Shown piece by piece: positions 1-9,090 of a stretch of 64,000 nucleotides of DNA (its first letter is position 1; each line of letters begins with the position of its first letter). The stretch lies in IMG/VR virus record IMGVR_UViG_3300037258_001195, positions 1 to 64,000 of that record. One strand, written 5' to 3'. The DNA is from a virus. The notes under the pieces were generated by a model that saw only the letters and a program-made list of their open reading frames with translations, searched no databases and had not been told where the DNA came from. The position numbers were made by a program, and so were the translations under genes.

Positions 1-231
1 TCAGCGGCAAAAACGCAGGTCGTCGCGCTCCTGTTCATAGTCGCTCATGACCTGGCGCAGGATGCTGTCGCGGGGAAGCTTGTCGAGCGCGGCCTGGACC
101 TTGTCGAGCGTCGCCTTGTCGTAATGCACGGGAATCGGGCAGCCGGTATGCCCGGTTGTGTCCTGGTCCTTGTCGCCGCAGCCCGCCATCAGCAGGCATG
201 CGGCCACGGCCAAAGCCGCCGTGACCCGCAT
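1..231 (-). CDS. Small lipoprotein (possible spanin-like lysis accessory)
   Basis: MRVTAALAVAACLLMAGC lipobox; last gene of the lysis cassette. Confidence 0.7.
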   Translation of the reverse strand: MRVTAALAVAACLLMAGCGDKDQDTTGHTGCPIPVHYDKATLDKVQAALDKLPRDSILRQVMSDYEQERDDLRFCR

Positions 232-306
232 CGCGTTCCCCCGCCCCATTCCGCCGCACGATGCCGGGCGGGCGGCGCCGGATCAAGCGACACGGCGCCG
301 CGCCCG

Positions 307-711
307 CTAACCCTGCCGCGCGCCCGCCAGGGTCGAGATCTGCCCGATAAGCTGCCCGAGCCAGATCGCGGTCGAGAGAGAGTCGCCCGAGGGCGGGTCG
401 GTGCATGCGGCGTCGCCAAAGCTCTCGATCGACGAAATCTTCGTCTCCGCATCCGCGGTAACCAGCCCGGTCTTCACGACGGCGTCCGCCCCCGCCTTGC
501 CGGTATCGTAGGCAGCGCAGGCATCCTTGATCACCGCATCGGCGTCGGAAGCGGCCGTGTTGACGATCGTCAGCACCCCGGACGCCGCCCCCAGCGCCGA
601 GCCCGCGGCGACGAGCCCGCCGCAGCCCCCAAGCGCCAGCGCCCCGCAGAGCGCCAGCGCCGCCCCGATCCATGCCGCGCCAGTTCGCGCCGGCGCAATC
701 CGCGCCACCAT
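307..711 (-). CDS. Lipoprotein with two extra Cys (paralog of 711-1160)
   Basis: LALGGC lipobox; DAC...C-x-x-P pattern; start overlaps upstream stop. Confidence 0.75.
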   Translation of the reverse strand: MVARIAPARTGAAWIGAALALCGALALGGCGGLVAAGSALGAASGVLTIVNTAASDADAVIKDACAAYDTGKAGADAVVKTGLVTADAETKISSIESFGDAACTDPPSGDSLSTAIWLGQLIGQISTLAGARQG

Positions 712-1160
712 CAATTCGCCGCCGGCAGCGTGACGCCGGCCCCGGCCCACGCCTTTTCCAGCGCTTCATAAAGCGTCAGCATCTCGCCTGCCGCCTGCGC
801 GACATTGGCCGGCGCCGGGTTCGGCGGGCATAGCGGCTCGGCGGCGGCAAGGCTCGCGGCGATCGCCTCCTGGTTTGCGGCCGAGATCAGCTTCGGATCG
901 ATCTCTTCGATCACCGCCACGATCTCGCTTCCCATCGACACGGCGCCGCAGGCATCGGACAGCACCTTCGGCGCGTCTGTCGCGATCGCGTTGTCGGCGT
1001 CGTCGAGATAGCCGGCGATCGTCGGGTCGAGCGCGGCGACGTAGCTCAGCGTTGTCGCCGCCGCGGTCGAGCCCAACAGCGCGTTGATGTCGCTCGCTGG
1101 CTGCGAGGTGCACGCAGCGAGGCCGAGCGCGGCCGCCAGGGCCAGGCCGGCGCGCCTCAC
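711..1160 (-). CDS. Lipoprotein with two extra Cys
   Basis: MRRAGLALAAALGLAAC lipobox; DAC...CPPNP. Confidence 0.8.
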   Translation of the reverse strand: MRRAGLALAAALGLAACTSQPASDINALLGSTAAATTLSYVAALDPTIAGYLDDADNAIATDAPKVLSDACGAVSMGSEIVAVIEEIDPKLISAANQEAIAASLAAAEPLCPPNPAPANVAQAAGEMLTLYEALEKAWAGAGVTLPAAN

Positions 1161-1336
1161 TGCATGCCTCCCGCGCGGGACGGCATCATGATCGCCGGCA
1201 GCGACCCGATCACGACGGTCGCGAACGCGCCCCAGCCGATCTGTCCGCTGAGCGCGGCGATCAGCGACCCGAAATCGGTGCTGAGCGCAAGCTGCGTCGC
1301 ATGCTCGCCGAGGCGAGCCTTGATGTACGAGATCAT
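1157..1336 (-). CDS. Putative holin (59 aa, hydrophobic)
   Basis: MISYIKARLGEH... with two hydrophobic segments; GAGACC-spaced ATG; downstream of lysozyme. Confidence 0.6.
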   Translation of the reverse strand: MISYIKARLGEHATQLALSTDFGSLIAALSGQIGWGAFATVVIGSLPAIMMPSRAGGMQ

Positions 1337-1361
1337 CCGATGGTCTCCGATTGAGGGAAAA

Positions 1362-1544
1362 TCAGGCCGGTATCGGCGCGAAGGCGAAGGCGGCGAGGAG
1401 CACGCCGGCAAAGCCGTAGGCGAGCGCCAGCAGCGCCGTGTTGACGGCCTGCGGCGATTCCGGCGCGGCGCCGGTAAGGTCGGTGAGCAGCAGCACCGCG
1501 AGCGTGAGGCAGCACAGCCCCGCGCCCAAGGCGGCATGGTTCAT
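1362..1544 (-). CDS. Small 2-TM membrane protein (holin-like)
   Basis: ATGA overlap with lysozyme stop; two TM segments. Confidence 0.6.
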   Translation of the reverse strand: MNHAALGAGLCCLTLAVLLLTDLTGAAPESPQAVNTALLALAYGFAGVLLAAFAFAPIPA

Positions 1545-2203
1545 TCCGCGGTCAGGGCCCCGGTGGCGTGCCAGGCGCGAAGCTGCGCCTCGGTGCCGAC
1601 CCAGACCGAGCGGTCGACGTTGCCGGTGATCCCGGCGACGATTCCTCGCTCCGTATACTGGTGGAAATCGTAGGGGCGCACGGCCGGACGGCCGGGCGGA
1701 AGCCTCGGCGCGGCGGCAACAAGGCTCGCGTAATCGCCGGTCCGGTGCCGCTGCGGGTATTCGGGCAGCATCAGCGGCCACCGCGACAAATTCGGTTCGG
1801 CCGCCGGGAGCTGCGCCCAGCCGTAATAGCCGACCGGATCCCGGCCGGTCACCGCCGCGACGGCCTCGCCGATTTCAGTCATCACCGCCACTGGCGCCGG
1901 CGTCTCCCAGTCGATCATCGCGGGGGCGCCTTCGCCGACGCCGGACACCTTCAGAAAATGCGCGGCCTGCGCGGCGCCGGCGGTCGCGGCGTCGACGAAA
2001 TGATACGGCACGACGAGCATTCCGGCTGCTTCCGCCCCGGCCCGGTTCTTCTCGAACAGCGGGTCGACATGACCGCCGCCTTCGCTCGCCTTGATCAGCA
2101 CGAGCGCGACTCCGGCCGCGGCGACCGCGGGCCAATCGATCGTGCCGTTCCAATGCGAAACATCGACCACCCCGTCGAACACGGGGTCGGGTAAAGCCGT
2201 CAC
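1541..2203 (-). CDS. GH25 muramidase (endolysin)
   Basis: VDVSHWNG, KASEG, YHF, IDWE, HQYT...GITGNVD GH25 motifs. Confidence 0.92.
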   Translation of the reverse strand: MTALPDPVFDGVVDVSHWNGTIDWPAVAAAGVALVLIKASEGGGHVDPLFEKNRAGAEAAGMLVVPYHFVDAATAGAAQAAHFLKVSGVGEGAPAMIDWETPAPVAVMTEIGEAVAAVTGRDPVGYYGWAQLPAAEPNLSRWPLMLPEYPQRHRTGDYASLVAAAPRLPPGRPAVRPYDFHQYTERGIVAGITGNVDRSVWVGTEAQLRAWHATGALTAE

Positions 2204-2219
2204 ATGCGCCTCCGTCAGA

Positions 2220-2516
2220 TTAGGGATGGCCGTCGAGCCAGCGTGCGGTCACCGCGCCGAGCACGCCCGAGGCGCCGCCCAGCAGCGCCGTCAGCGCCAT
2301 GCGCCAGCGGTGATGGACATAGTCGGCGGAATTGCGCGCCGCCGTGTCGCTGGCGAGGCGCAGCTCGACCGCCCTGACCCGCCGGTCGAGCTCGGCCAGT
2401 TCGCCCGAGCGCGAGCGCAGATCGCCGCGCAACTCGTCAATACGCTGACCGAGCGCGCGGACCTCGGCGCACAGCACGCCCAGCGCCCGGTCCATGTTCT
2501 CCGCATCCGCCGTCAT
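2220..2516 (-). CDS. Coiled-coil protein with C-terminal TM (lysis-associated)
   Basis: Heptad-like N-terminus, hydrophobic C-terminus; directly before endolysin. Confidence 0.65.
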   Translation of the reverse strand: MTADAENMDRALGVLCAEVRALGQRIDELRGDLRSRSGELAELDRRVRAVELRLASDTAARNSADYVHHRWRMALTALLGGASGVLGAVTARWLDGHP

Positions 2517-2568
2517 TGATCGGCCGCCAGGTTGGTGATGGGGTTGTCGTTCGCGAACGAGGGCCGCA

Positions 2569-4410
2569 TCAAAGCCCGTTGATCACCGGGGCCAGCACCG
2601 CGGCCAGGTTTGCCGCCCCCGTCGCCGTCGGGTGCGTGCCGTCGCTGTAGAGCGAGGTGTTCGAGGCTGCGCTGTCCGGCCCCATCGTCGGATCGGCGGC
2701 AAAATCGCAGATCGCGTCGGCATGGATCCCGGAAACGATCGACCCGCCCGTCGTCCAAAGCCTGATTTCGGTATTTGCCGTGGCGCGCCACGCGCTGAAC
2801 CCGCTGACCGTCGAGGGCGTCAGCGTGCAGAGCACCAATTTCCACCCCGCCTTGCGATACCCGTCGCAGAGCGCGGCGAGGTCGGTCAGATAGGTCGGAC
2901 TTCCCTGATCGTCGTGTCCGATGAGCAGCGACAGGATGAATTTCCGCGATCCTGGATTGGGCGGGATACGGCCGTTGACCGCCGCCTGACGTGCCAGGCA
3001 GTCGGCCACGCCTGAGCCGGTGACGGCATTGTCGAACCCCTGGCAGACCGGACTGAACGACGCCGCGGCCAGAAGTGGGTAGAAAGTCGAGATTGTCGGG
3101 GCGACCGTGATGCTGTCGCCCTCGGCGACGTAGATCCTCTTTGGCGCAATGCTGTTCCCCGAGGCCCCGATGCGGGCCACAAGGGCGCCATAAGCCTGCC
3201 GGTATTCAGCGTCGGAAAGCGCCCGGTTCCACAAGGCGATCGCACCGATCTTGTAGTCGCTGAAGAGCGCGGAGGCGCCGTTATTGAGGAACCCGCAGAA
3301 GAAATCCTCGACCTTTTGCGACGGCAGCGCCACGGTCCGGCTAAACATCTTGAGGTCGTCAAGCCAGGCATCGCCGCCGCCCTGGCCGGCGTCGTAACGG
3401 AGCCCAAAGGCGCTCCAGCCCAGGTTGAGGAACGTGTCGTCCCACAGGCTGGAGCTGGTCCGCGGCGTGGTCGCCCCGCCGTTGTTCTGCGTGTACATGC
3501 TGTCGCCGCCGAAATACGAGAACGGACCGGCATTCTCGAACCCGACGATGAGCGGGGAGTTGTTCCCGAACCCCCACTCGTTTCCCGTATGGGCGCCCGC
3601 CGTCTTCGCGGCCAGCACGATCATCGTGGCCGACGACCAGCTCCCGTTCGACGCCGCGAATTGTGCGATGGAATAGCGGTTGGTGGCGTATTGGAGCGCG
3701 CCGGCGGTATAGGCCGGCAGCGAACTGTCATAGGCGGTTCGGCCGAGCAGCACTGCGCCGCTCAACGTGTCCGGCCCGAGATCGAGCGAACCAGGGTAGA
3801 CGCCGAAATCGCAGACCAAAAGATCGAGGGCCGGGCTCGCCGAGTCGGCCGTCCGGATGCCCGGCTGGCGCGCGCCGCTCCAACCCGCGAACGTCTTGGC
3901 GAACACCTGCCAGCTCGTCGTCGCGGCAGCGGTGTCCATCGACCCGGCGATATCCCCGAACCGAAACGACTGCGACGCGCCGGTGTTGCTCTTGATGGCG
4001 CAGCGGACCGTATAGGTCCCCGAGGGGAGACCACCCGAAAACACGCTGTACAAGTAGCCGTCGGTGTCGGCGTTGACCTGCAGACGGGATGCTTCCGTCA
4101 AACCGTCCGGTCCCACCGCGAAATTGTCGGTCGCAGTACAGCTGGTGCGGCCCCACAGGCTCGTGGCAAAGACGCGGCGGGGCGCGGAGATCAGGTTCTG
4201 CGGCACGGCGCCGCCGGCCGCCGCATTCGGCACGTGAGGGCGCGGCGCGGCCTGATATCGATCCATGTACCAAAGACCGACGAGGCCAGGGGCGGGAAAG
4301 CCCTGGGCCTTGCCGCTCAGCAGGATGGTCTGCAGCAAACCGGCCCGCGCCGCCCCGGAAAAGGCGGCCAGGGGCGCGGCCGCAAGCGCCGCGCGTCGCG
4401 TGATCTTCAT
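2569..4410 (-). CDS. Tat-signal fibre-like protein: carbohydrate-binding/LamG-like domains plus C-terminal SGNH/GDSL esterase
   Basis: MKITRRAALAAAPLAAFSGAARA signal; ALWNRALSDAE LamG-like end; GDSIT and DGTHP SGNH motifs. Confidence 0.8.
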   Translation of the reverse strand: MKITRRAALAAAPLAAFSGAARAGLLQTILLSGKAQGFPAPGLVGLWYMDRYQAAPRPHVPNAAAGGAVPQNLISAPRRVFATSLWGRTSCTATDNFAVGPDGLTEASRLQVNADTDGYLYSVFSGGLPSGTYTVRCAIKSNTGASQSFRFGDIAGSMDTAAATTSWQVFAKTFAGWSGARQPGIRTADSASPALDLLVCDFGVYPGSLDLGPDTLSGAVLLGRTAYDSSLPAYTAGALQYATNRYSIAQFAASNGSWSSATMIVLAAKTAGAHTGNEWGFGNNSPLIVGFENAGPFSYFGGDSMYTQNNGGATTPRTSSSLWDDTFLNLGWSAFGLRYDAGQGGGDAWLDDLKMFSRTVALPSQKVEDFFCGFLNNGASALFSDYKIGAIALWNRALSDAEYRQAYGALVARIGASGNSIAPKRIYVAEGDSITVAPTISTFYPLLAAASFSPVCQGFDNAVTGSGVADCLARQAAVNGRIPPNPGSRKFILSLLIGHDDQGSPTYLTDLAALCDGYRKAGWKLVLCTLTPSTVSGFSAWRATANTEIRLWTTGGSIVSGIHADAICDFAADPTMGPDSAASNTSLYSDGTHPTATGAANLAAVLAPVINGL

Positions 4411-4415
4411 CGCGC

Positions 4416-5081
4416 TCACTGGTGCTGCTGGACGGCCTGGACGCCGATACGAAGGTCGGTCGTCGAGCCGGGCGTGAAGGTGCTGCCGGAGACCATCGCG
4501 TAATAGAGCGTCGCCGTACCGGCATGCGGGATGCGGGCCAGGTTGGCGTTTTCGGCAAAGCTGACGGTTGTTCCGGTCGGCGCGGCAAGTGACACCGAAA
4601 ACGGCGCGATGATAAGCCGGTCGATATCGACGATGCCGTCGGTTCCCGGAGTCGACGCGTTGAGCGAAAAGCTGCCTTTGTCGGTAAAGGTCGAGTTCTG
4701 CGGCGCGCTGTCGAAAAGATAGACGGTCAGCGTCGGCATCTGCCCCGACAGCGACTTCACCGCCACGCTTTCGACAAGCGAGACCGGCCCCGAGCCTCGA
4801 AACGACAGGGAGTTCAGCCCGCCGACATCGTTCCCCGCCGCGTAGGCCGAGGTCGAGACCGCCGGTACCCCGACGACCCGATCGCCGAACCACAGCGTCG
4901 GTAGCGGGTTCGCGCTCGACGCCGGCACCACATGCCCGCTCTGGTCCGACGACCCGACCTCGACCGGCGCCGCCGGCACGCCTTGCACCGCGGGCTGATA
5001 GGTCGGATCGGCGGAGGCCGCGGCGGCGGGAACGATGGCCGCGGCCATCAGCAGCGCCGCTGAAACACGACGATTTCGCAT
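4416..5081 (-). CDS. Signal-peptide-bearing beta-rich protein (fibre/decoration-like)
   Basis: MRNRRVSAALLMAAAIVPAAAASA signal; SANPLP fibre-type motif. Confidence 0.7.
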   Translation of the reverse strand: MRNRRVSAALLMAAAIVPAAAASADPTYQPAVQGVPAAPVEVGSSDQSGHVVPASSANPLPTLWFGDRVVGVPAVSTSAYAAGNDVGGLNSLSFRGSGPVSLVESVAVKSLSGQMPTLTVYLFDSAPQNSTFTDKGSFSLNASTPGTDGIVDIDRLIIAPFSVSLAAPTGTTVSFAENANLARIPHAGTATLYYAMVSGSTFTPGSTTDLRIGVQAVQQHQ

Positions 5082-5533
5082 CAAAACCTCCGATACCAGG
5101 TGTTGTTGGCCGTGCGGTAGCGCCACCCGGCGCCGGCATGGGCGCCGAGCGTCAGGCTGCCGCCGTTGACGCTTTGGCCGGATGCCGGACCGACCGTCAG
5201 CGCCGTGATGGTTTGGGTCGAGCTGAGCTCGAAGAACTGTCCGTCATTCGCCGTCGGCGGCATCACCACCGCCAGCGTCGACAGCGTCCCGGCCGGGTCG
5301 ATGACATAGGCAGCGAGATAGGCGCCCGCGGTCAGCGTCGCGCCGCTCGCGGGTTGCTGATAGGAGTAATTGCCGCCGCACGGTGCCCCCGCCTGATGGC
5401 CGCCGGCGGTGGCGCCGTCCTGGACATGCAAGGTGAAATCGTCGGTGTTGACGACGATCTCGCCGGCCGGTCCGGCATAGCTTGCGATCTCGCCCGAGTT
5501 GCCCCGCGCGAGTTGAACCTGGGTGTGTGACAT
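5081..5533 (-). CDS. Short tail fibre adaptor with Mtd N-terminal-like domain
   Basis: QVQLARGN...GEIVVNTDDFTLHVQDGATAGG matches the major-tropism-determinant N-domain; C-terminal knob-like domain. Confidence 0.75.
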   Translation of the reverse strand: MSHTQVQLARGNSGEIASYAGPAGEIVVNTDDFTLHVQDGATAGGHQAGAPCGGNYSYQQPASGATLTAGAYLAAYVIDPAGTLSTLAVVMPPTANDGQFFELSSTQTITALTVGPASGQSVNGGSLTLGAHAGAGWRYRTANNTWYRRF

Positions 5534-6384
5534 CAGGGTGCCGTTCCGAGGTTGATGGAAACGCCGACCGCCGCGGTCGCTGTGCCGAGATCGGCCGAGC
5601 CGATCAGGCTTGTCGCAATCGTGCCCCAGTTCTCGCCGATGCCGGCCGCGAGCGTGGCGATGATCGGATTGCCGAGCGGGTTCGTGCCCGCCCCGCCCAG
5701 TGCGTAGTCATAGGCCGACACCGTGGCGAGGCTCTGCAATTCCTGGCCGACGAAATTGAACGCCGGCAGCTTCACGTAGATCGTCTGGCCGATAAAATTT
5801 GCCGGATAGCCGTAGTGGAATACCGCCGGGTCATTCGGCCCGAGCCGCCCGAACTGGGCCCCGCTCCCATGCGCGGCGATCGGCGTGCCATAGGCGCCCC
5901 GCCGCAGATAGGTAAGGCCATATTTATACGCAGCGGTCAGCGTCGCGGTCTCATAGGCCAGCAATTCGCCGTCGCAGAAGCACAGCGTCACCATGTTGTC
6001 GGCGTCCGCCACCGTGCCCGACAGCAGCTGCCCCTCGCTCTCGCTCAGGTCGACCGCGAGCGTGTGCGTCGTGTCGGGATCGGCGCCGGCGGGCAGCGCC
6101 GCCGTCAGAACGCCCTGTCGCCCGCCGCGATAGGCCGTGCCGGCGAAGGCATAGGTGTTGCCGTCGCTCGACACCCAGATCTGGCAGCCGCCCCAATTCG
6201 AACCGCCGGTCGCGAGGATCCACACCTCGTTGGCGCCGCCGGTGAGACCGGGCGGCGGCTCGAAGATGATCGGCGCGTTGGTGTCGCCCGGCGGCACGAA
6301 GGGGTCGAGCGCCGCCCCGGCGGTCGCCTGCTTCGGATAGGGCCTCGCGGTGCCGACTCCGATCGGCCTGATGGTTCCCGGCAT
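5533..6384 (-). CDS. Tail tip protein, C-terminal half (split gene)
   Basis: Aligns to C-terminal part of 30025-32388 (DTNAPIIFEP; ELLAYETATLTA; YVKLPAFN). Confidence 0.85.
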   Translation of the reverse strand: MPGTIRPIGVGTARPYPKQATAGAALDPFVPPGDTNAPIIFEPPPGLTGGANEVWILATGGSNWGGCQIWVSSDGNTYAFAGTAYRGGRQGVLTAALPAGADPDTTHTLAVDLSESEGQLLSGTVADADNMVTLCFCDGELLAYETATLTAAYKYGLTYLRRGAYGTPIAAHGSGAQFGRLGPNDPAVFHYGYPANFIGQTIYVKLPAFNFVGQELQSLATVSAYDYALGGAGTNPLGNPIIATLAAGIGENWGTIATSLIGSADLGTATAAVGVSINLGTAP

Positions 6385-6385
6385 G

Positions 6386-7741
6386 TTACGGCGTCAGCCC
6401 AGGGATCTCTTCGGCGGTGACGGTCAGCTCGCCATTCTCGTCTTCGGCGATCTGGGTCACCCGCACCGCGGCCGCGTCGAGCCCCAGCGTGGTGTCGGTG
6501 ATCAGCACGATGTCCATCGGCTCCAACAGGCAGTACCGCCAGCCCAACTTGAACTGGTAGGTGTTGCGGATGTAGATGCGGCGTTGAAGCTGCAACGTCG
6601 CCGACACGGTCGCGATGTCCGGGTTGGTGAATTCGTGCGCCTGGAGCGATGGTTCGCTGCGCAGCCCGTACTGATCGATCATCCCCTGGTCGAACACGGC
6701 GATGATCTGCGCGTTGTAGCTGTTGCCGGCGTCCATGTATTCGAGCGAGAGCCAGTTGGTCGCCTGCGCCGGATCGCTGCGGGTGAGCAGGACCGGATCG
6801 CTTCCCCCGTCTCCACCTTGCCCCCAGGGCAGGAAATCGTCATCGCCGAGGCTGTATTGCCATGTCAAATCGGGCGTCCAGCTCGTGCCGTTCGCCGACA
6901 GCGCCCGGTCCCCGTATGGGATGATCCGGAGCGTATTTCCCGACCACACCACGGCCGACACGGTCAGGTCCGTCACCTCTTCGAGCCACCGCGCCGCCGG
7001 CTGCTGCCGGTCGAGCAACAGCGACATCCCGAGCCCCGCCGCCTGGCAATAGGCGCCCCAATCGGCGGCGGCCGCGCTGTCGAGATTGGCCGCCGGAAAC
7101 CCCGCGCCGTAACGCGCATTGGTCAACAAATCGGTGACGATCAGATCCGGCCTCGCATCGTTCGGGAACGGGCTGCCGGCGGTGCCGGCGCCGACCCCGG
7201 TGATCTCGAACGAGACATTCGGCAGCGCCGGTGACGAGCCGAGCTGCATCGGCGTCCCTGTCGTGTAGGCCGTGCCGGAATAGCCGATGACCGGCTGGTT
7301 GGAATCGCCGCTCGCGAACACCGCATCGGGCGCCTGCCCGTCGCTGCCGCCGTAGCCGTTGAGCCCGACCGCGCCGAGCCCCGCCGCGATCCCGCCATTC
7401 GACCAAATGCGATTGCCCGAGCCCGAACCGTAGATCGAGCCGACGAACGAGACCGGTCCCTGGCAGATTCCCAGCGCAACATTGACGGAGTATTGCTGTT
7501 GCCCCTTCTTGCCGCCTCCGGTGCCCCCGCCGCCGCCCTTGCCGCCCTTGCCGCCCGACGACCCGGTAAAGCCCCAGAACTCGAGCAGGTTGATCGTCAC
7601 CCGCTGGGTCCCATAACAGATCGGGATCGGGCTTCCGGCCTGGCTGGTGTTATAACGGAACGAGCCGATCGTATTGTTGGTGAAGGCGTTGACGAATGGC
7701 GTCGGCCCGCCACCCTTCCCGGTATAGGTCGGATCAGTCAT
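6386..7741 (-). CDS. Tail tip/host-specificity (RcGTA g15 megatron-like) protein, N-terminal half
   Basis: Follows NlpC/P60; PICYGTQRV, YQFKLGW...LEPMDIV; aligns to N-terminal part of 30025-32388. Confidence 0.85.
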   Translation of the reverse strand: MTDPTYTGKGGGPTPFVNAFTNNTIGSFRYNTSQAGSPIPICYGTQRVTINLLEFWGFTGSSGGKGGKGGGGGTGGGKKGQQQYSVNVALGICQGPVSFVGSIYGSGSGNRIWSNGGIAAGLGAVGLNGYGGSDGQAPDAVFASGDSNQPVIGYSGTAYTTGTPMQLGSSPALPNVSFEITGVGAGTAGSPFPNDARPDLIVTDLLTNARYGAGFPAANLDSAAAADWGAYCQAAGLGMSLLLDRQQPAARWLEEVTDLTVSAVVWSGNTLRIIPYGDRALSANGTSWTPDLTWQYSLGDDDFLPWGQGGDGGSDPVLLTRSDPAQATNWLSLEYMDAGNSYNAQIIAVFDQGMIDQYGLRSEPSLQAHEFTNPDIATVSATLQLQRRIYIRNTYQFKLGWRYCLLEPMDIVLITDTTLGLDAAAVRVTQIAEDENGELTVTAEEIPGLTP

Positions 7742-8171
7742 TGATGATTCCGAAAAATCTGGTGTCGCGCCCGGCGAGCGGATAGCGCGTCGCATCGCCC
7801 CACACGACCCGCCCGACAGCCCAAAAAGCGTGGATCACCATCGGCCATTCGATGACGATCGCACCATGTGAAAACGTCCGGCCAAACCGGAACACCGCGA
7901 CGTCGCCCGCCAGCGGCAACCGCTCCAGCTCATGCGCGTAATTCAGCAACCGGTCGAGATACCGCTCGGCCTCGCGATGCATGTGCCAGTCGGGCGGGTA
8001 ATAGCCGGGGTCGACATGGCTCACGACGCCGCAGCGCTCATAGGTCTCGGCGAGCAGCATCGCGCAATCCACGCCGGCGCCCTTGACCCTTCCTTGATGA
8101 TGAAACGGCGTGCCGAGCCAGCTCCGCGCCTCGGCGACGACCGCGGCGCGGATGGAATTCCCCTCGCTCAT
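7734..8171 (-). CDS. NlpC/P60 tail peptidase (RcGTA g14-like)
   Basis: ARSWLGTPFHHQGRVKGAGVDC...HGAI. Confidence 0.92.
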   Translation of the reverse strand: MSEGNSIRAAVVAEARSWLGTPFHHQGRVKGAGVDCAMLLAETYERCGVVSHVDPGYYPPDWHMHREAERYLDRLLNYAHELERLPLAGDVAVFRFGRTFSHGAIVIEWPMVIHAFWAVGRVVWGDATRYPLAGRDTRFFGIIND

Positions 8172-8172
8172 C

Positions 8173-9090
8173 TCACACCGCCAGTTCGGGCGGCGGGATA
8201 TAGGGAAACCCGCCGTAATGGATCAGGTTGTCGAAGGTGTTCTTGCAAGTCGCCGTGGTGTGGTCGCAGCCGGGCAGCAGCCGGAACGTGTCGCCGACCG
8301 ACACCGGAAACAGCCATGCCTTCAGCAGCGACGCGACGCCGCCGGTGAATTGTGCGAGCGTCCGCGTCTGCCCGGCATTGAGCCCCGTAACGCCGATGAT
8401 CGTACCCTGGTCGAAAAGCGTCGCCGGGCTCGGCGCGAGGCCAGTGACGATCGCCGCCTGGGTCGATCCCGCAAGCGCCGCCTGTGTCGACGCCAGGCTC
8501 GTCCGGTCGAACGCGCACATCGCGTCGCCAAACACATGCGTGCAGGCGGCCTGGTATAGCCGGCGCGGCATCTGTTGCACCGCCAGCAAATTCATCATCG
8601 ACTTCACCTTGATCGCAATGCTGGTCCGCCCCGCATCGGTCTCGGCCACCTGGCCGCAAAACCACACGATGGCGCCCAGCGCAGTCGACAGCGCCCCGCC
8701 CCCGGCGTGCGGTGGGGCAAAAAACCGGTCGAGCTCGACGGTCGCCCCGTCGAATTCGCCAACCCGCACCGCCTCGGCGAAGCTAAGGGTGCCGATCATC
8801 TCGTCGCCCTCCGCCATCACGGTGATGTCGAGCTCGGCCGGCTCGACCCCGATCTTGGTCGTCACCATCGACCGCCCAAACCGCGGCCCGAGCGTGAAAT
8901 CGGTATAGCCGGCGGCGTTGTAATTGAGGCTTCCCGCCGGAAACGCCGTCCCCGGAATGGTCAGCGCCGTCGTCCACCCCGAATAGCGCAGCACCAATCC
9001 GCTCGGCAGGCTGAACGTGTACAGATCGACGATCACGATCCGGTCGTTCTGCGCCAGGTAATCCTGCAGCGCGGGCGATGCCGATCTCAC
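8173..9090 (-). CDS. Baseplate hub protein DUF2163/BR0599 (RcGTA g13-like)
   Basis: YQAACTHVFGDAMC; PGCDH...C...FDN...YGGFPYIP. Confidence 0.9.
   Translation of the reverse strand: MRSASPALQDYLAQNDRIVIVDLYTFSLPSGLVLRYSGWTTALTIPGTAFPAGSLNYNAAGYTDFTLGPRFGRSMVTTKIGVEPAELDITVMAEGDEMIGTLSFAEAVRVGEFDGATVELDRFFAPPHAGGGALSTALGAIVWFCGQVAETDAGRTSIAIKVKSMMNLLAVQQMPRRLYQAACTHVFGDAMCAFDRTSLASTQAALAGSTQAAIVTGLAPSPATLFDQGTIIGVTGLNAGQTRTLAQFTGGVASLLKAWLFPVSVGDTFRLLPGCDHTTATCKNTFDNLIHYGGFPYIPPPELAV

Noticed and set aside
4411-5139. N-terminal ~240 aa of the 856-aa ORF 2569-5139
   Set aside because: Overlaps the real gene 4416-5081 in another frame; the true start is MKITRR at 4410.
5081-5533. Mtd-like domain suggesting a diversity-generating retroelement
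   Set aside because: No reverse transcriptase and no template/variable repeat pair seen; the 40-bp portal repeat has a single non-adenine-pattern mismatch and is too short.
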